A stretch of DNA of 64,000 bases, from assembly GCA_046153645.1 (NCBI GenBank), contig JBJXGI010000042.1, forward strand, positions 93,097 through 157,096, read 5' to 3'. Position 1 is the stretch's first letter. Each line of letters starts with the position of its first letter. The notes under the pieces are model-generated. The model was not told the DNA's origin, made no database searches, and saw only the letters and a program-made list of their open reading frames with translations. This document shows, in pieces, positions 63,024 through 64,000 of the stretch. The position numbers and the translations under genes are program-made. The DNA comes from Elusimicrobiota bacterium (GTDB lineage Bacteria > Elusimicrobiota > Elusimicrobia > F11).

Positions 63024-64000
63024 ATGTTATTTCATTCTTTTACTTATTTTATTTTTTTACCATTTGTTGTTATCACCTATCATCTCCTCCCAGCTCGTTT
63101 CCGTTGGATTTTATTATTGGCAGCCAGCTATTACTTTTACATGTGTTGGAAGCCTATTTATGCGACGCTCATTTTATTTTCAACCTCAATAGATTTTTTT
63201 ACTGGTTTAAAAATGGACGCGTGTGAAAAAAAATCCGACAAAAAACCCTGGTTGATGTTAAGTCTCATTTCAAATTTATTGCTGTTGTTTGTTTATAAAT
63301 ACACTGATTTCTTTTCCACCTCGTTTAATCAGCTATTTCAAGTTGTTCATTTACCCTTCCAATTTCCAGTTCCTCATTGGTTATTGCCGGTGGGAATTTC
63401 TTTTTACACTTTTCAATCTTTAAGTTACACCATTGATGTTTATAGAGGGAATCAAAAAGCTGAGCCTCATTTTGGAAAATTTGCACTCTTTGTTTCTTTT
63501 TTCCCTCAATTGGTGGCGGGTCCCATTGAAAGATCAACTGATTTAATGCCTCAAATTCATGGAGATCGAAATACGAATCCAGAACGGATTGCCAGAGGAG
63601 TAAGATTAATTTTGTGGGGATTTTTTAAAAAACTGGTTGTGGCTGATCGGTTGTCTCCTTTTGTTGATAGTGTTTATAACAATATGGGTGCGCATAGTGG
63701 ATTAACCATCTTGATGGCCACTTACGCTTTCGCTTTCCAAATTTATGGAGATTTTTCTGGTTATTCTGATATAGCCAAAGGTTCTGCCCAACTTCTCGGG
63801 ATTGATCTGATGGAGAACTTTAAGACACCTTATTTTTCAACTTCTATTGTCGATTACTGGAGAAGATGGCATGTTTCACTTTCAACATGGTTTCGAGACT
63901 ATGTTTATTATCCTTTGGGTGGAAATAAACAAGGGCCTAAAATATGGGCACGTAATATTCTTATTGTTTTTATCATCAGTGGTTTATGGCATGGAGCCGC
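63024..64000 (+). CDS. MBOAT-family membrane-bound O-acyltransferase (AlgI/DltB-like), 3'-truncated by the window end
   Basis: ATG at 63024. The frame stays open to the window end, which is why it is absent from the ORF track. Multiple transmembrane helices and the segment YWRRWHVSLSTWFRDYVYYPLGGNKQG...SGLWHGA, containing the conserved MBOAT His. Confidence 0.8.
   Translation, partial: MLFHSFTYFIFLPFVVITYHLLPARFRWILLLAASYYFYMCWKPIYATLILFSTSIDFFTGLKMDACEKKSDKKPWLMLSLISNLLLLFVYKYTDFFSTSFNQLFQVVHLPFQFPVPHWLLPVGISFYTFQSLSYTIDVYRGNQKAEPHFGKFALFVSFFPQLVAGPIERSTDLMPQIHGDRNTNPERIARGVRLILWGFFKKLVVADRLSPFVDSVYNNMGAHSGLTILMATYAFAFQIYGDFSGYSDIAKGSAQLLGIDLMENFKTPYFSTSIVDYWRRWHVSLSTWFRDYVYYPLGGNKQGPKIWARNILIVFIISGLWHGA

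Overview
This 64-kb window is a chromosomal segment from a low-GC bacterium, almost certainly didermic (it encodes TolC, LemA and type IV pilin-like proteins), and it spans the replication origin. Lineage guess only: a predatory Bdellovibrio-like or other Oligoflexia-type genome, not provable from sequence. The core is an unambiguous origin block. On the minus strand lie gyrA, gyrB, a DUF721 (DciA-like) gene, recF and dnaN, then a dense DnaA-box cluster with an AT-rich stretch, then dnaA. On the plus strand rpmH, yidD, yidC and mnmE diverge from dnaA. Two expected genes, rnpA and jag/khpB, are absent from the rpmH operon. The upstream half is accessory and cell-surface material: a CPD photolyase with no canonical start codon, a LemA / degenerate nucleotidyltransferase / TPM cluster, two lipoproteins, a five-gene minus-strand operon of prepilin-type proteins that includes two tandem paralogous roughly 990-aa pilins, a HAMP adenylate cyclase, and a Rho factor that lacks its N-terminal RNA-binding domain. 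It continues with an aldo-keto reductase, a D-Ala-D-Ala dipeptidase fused to an L,D-transpeptidase, aminopeptidase N, an O-antigen-ligase-like protein, a response-regulator/Yip1 fusion leading a TolC-MFP-MacB-type efflux operon, and a PilZ protein. The downstream half carries a HAD hydrolase, a PAS histidine kinase fused through a signal-peptide-like helix to a degenerate SNase domain, a Cas4-like Fe-S nuclease, a family-4 UDG, glycerate kinase, an ADP-forming acetyl-CoA synthetase, a PurD-like ATP-grasp protein, RmuC, a secreted thermonuclease, a second LemA with a GIDE-like EF-hand membrane protein, a DUF853 ATPase, tRNA-Glu(CUC), an SDR epimerase and a 3'-truncated MBOAT gene. No CRISPR array, transposase or integrase was seen. 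The most unusual content is the tandem giant-pilin operon, the N-terminally truncated Rho, the origin region lacking rnpA, and the histidine kinase with a C-terminal SNase-like domain.
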